Source: Monocercomonoides exilis PA203 (taxonomy: Eukaryota > Protista > Preaxostyla). Taken from it: DNA of 64,000 nt. This document shows, in pieces, positions 62,419 to 64,000 of the stretch. The stretch lies in contig LSRY02000019.1 of NCBI GenBank assembly GCA_001643675.2, positions 310,001 to 374,000 of the forward strand, written 5' to 3'. The position numbers and the translations under genes were made by a program. Each line of letters opens with the position of its first letter. Within the stretch, counting starts at the first letter, position 1. The notes beneath the pieces are model-generated. The model searched no databases, had not been told where the DNA came from, and saw only the letters and a program-made list of their open reading frames with translations.

Positions 62419-64000
62419 TCATAAGAAAAGATAAAAAAAATTTAAAAACATATCAATAAATAAATAATAACTAACTTGTAATAATGCATTTAACGATTGA
62501 ATGCTAAGGGAGCACCTTTTATCTCCAAGAATATTCTTCATTCTCGAAATCACTCTTTCGCAACTAACCTCACTGCATGGCGATGTAATTAAAGTCAGGC
62601 ACAATCCAGCGTATATTGTTTGAAGGTCTCCGTATGAGGAAAAAGCATTGTTAAAAATTTCCGAATCTTCTTCGATGACTGAAGATGAGCTTCCTTTAAA
62701 AAATCGTTGAAACAACTTGCAGCAACCGGATTTTATTTTTGGATCGTAATGTCCAATAACTTTATTTGCATATTTAGCAAACGAAGACAATAACCTGGGG
62801 AACCAATCTGTCAACAATTCTTTTTCAATCATTTTAATTGATTCTTCTTCTTTTTCGTATGATTGTTCTATGATCATTGACATTTTGCTTGTAGAAAATA
62901 GAATTTCCACCTCATCGAAAGATAAATTATCAATAATTTTTTCCTTATAAATGTCTGAATTTTCGTCATTTTCACAATCGCTGAGACTATCATCCATTGA
63001 TATTTCTTCATCCATGAAAGTTGTGCATTCTCGATGATCTTCAATTTCTGAAGAAGAAAAAGAAGAAGAGGAAGAGGAAGAAGAGGAAGAGGAAGAAGAA
63101 GAAGAAGAAGAAGAAGAAGAAGAAGGAAAGGAAGAAGAGGAGGAGGAGGAGGATGATGATGATATTGATGAAGATGATGAAGAAAAAGAAGAAGAAGATA
63201 TTTCAAACATGTCATTAATCGCTTCATCCTCTGCTTCAAGAAGTCCATATTCATCATCAGTTTCCTCACTTAATTCATCCTTTTCACTTAAAGATGAATT
63301 TATTGAGGTTTCAAATTTTGATGAATCAAAATTTTCATTGATGATTTCAATAATTTGTAAAATATCTTCCAATTTTCTGTCGTGATCATTTTCACATTCC
63401 TCTTTTGTTTTTTTCGCCAAATATTGAGTCATACCCTCACAATTGTCGACATCGTTTGACAGTTCGTCGTCAAGGTTCCTGAAAGCTTGTGCTTGCCGTT
63501 CGCTGTCCAATGGAGAAAACATCCTTGTTGTTGAATGAAAACCAGAGGAATAAAAACCCGAGCACATGTTTGAAGATGACATCAACGAAGATAAAGTGAT
63601 TGCAGTTTGCGAACAATCGGACAAAGCAATATTCTTTCTTCGTCCTTTATTAAAAGAAGGTCGAGTTTCTGGATCATAATTGAATTTATCAAATAAATTA
63701 AAATACTTGAAATAATCAAAAGAAAATTGTTGTGAACGGTACTTTTGCATTCCTGTTTGAGTTAAGGCAAATGATAGCACTATAAGTTCTCCTTTTGTTC
63801 CAATCAAAAAGTAATTATGTAATTGAATTAAAAAGTTTGTAATAACATTGTGCCAAACTCCATGATTGAAAAAAGTATGTTTTGATAAACAAATTAAAAA
63901 ACCTATTGCTTGCAAAATGAAAACAAATACATTGCACAGTTTCGAGTGATTGTTTTCAAACTGAAGATGTAATCGAAATAATGGATAAAGAATAATTTCC
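62419..64000 (-). CDS. hAT-family transposase-like protein, C-terminal part (5' end probably at or beyond the window edge)
   Basis: LTLITSPCSEVSCERVISRMKNILGDKRCSLSIQSLNALL matches the hAT dimerisation-domain pattern. Internal acidic and poly-Ser tract. A probable intron (CAA|GTTAGT) lies near 62474. Confidence 0.72.
   Translation of the reverse strand, partial: EIILYPLFRLHLQFENNHSKLCNVFVFILQAIGFLICLSKHTFFNHGVWHNVITNFLIQLHNYFLIGTKGELIVLSFALTQTGMQKYRSQQFSFDYFKYFNLFDKFNYDPETRPSFNKGRRKNIALSDCSQTAITLSSLMSSSNMCSGFYSSGFHSTTRMFSPLDSERQAQAFRNLDDELSNDVDNCEGMTQYLAKKTKEECENDHDRKLEDILQIIEIINENFDSSKFETSINSSLSEKDELSEETDDEYGLLEAEDEAINDMFEISSSSFSSSSSSISSSSSSSSSSSFPSSSSSSSSSSSSSSSSSSSSSFSSSEIEDHRECTTFMDEEISMDDSLSDCENDENSDIYKEKIIDNLSFDEVEILFSTSKMSMIIEQSYEKEEESIKMIEKELLTDWFPRLLSSFAKYANKVIGHYDPKIKSGCCKLFQRFFKGSSSSVIEEDSEIFNNAFSSYGDLQTIYAGLCLTLITSPCSEVSCERVISRMKNILGDKRCSLSIQSLNALLQVSYYLFIDMFLNFFYLFL

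Overview
AT-rich eukaryotic (protist) genomic DNA with short spliceosomal introns and the standard genetic code. The multicopy gene-family fragments resemble, from recall and not from a search, those of the oxymonad Monocercomonoides. The window has two halves. Bases 1-34.3 kb are gene-dense: a double B-box/coiled-coil protein, a ~5,289-aa LRR giant with a 13.6-kb exon, an SPF45-like G-patch protein, a MATE transporter with a very long tail, a propeptide-less cathepsin B-like protease fused to Cys-rich repeats, a TMEM17-like protein, a hypothetical protein and a PP6-type phosphatase. Bases 34.4-64 kb are a DNA-transposon zone: mariner, pogo-like, PIF/ISL2EU-like, hAT and Merlin transposases, several MITE families, and pseudogene debris. 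The best finding is an 8,215-bp Merlin (IS1595-type) element at 51774-59988. It has a perfect 8-bp target-site duplication, an intact transposase, and ~2.73-kb terminal inverted repeats built largely from a captured receptor-pseudokinase gene fragment, with a sharply bounded divergent patch between the arms. The splicing signals are also unusual: 2-3 GC-AG introns and 6 AAG acceptors among about 20 inferred introns. All gene models were inferred by hand from frame and splice signals.
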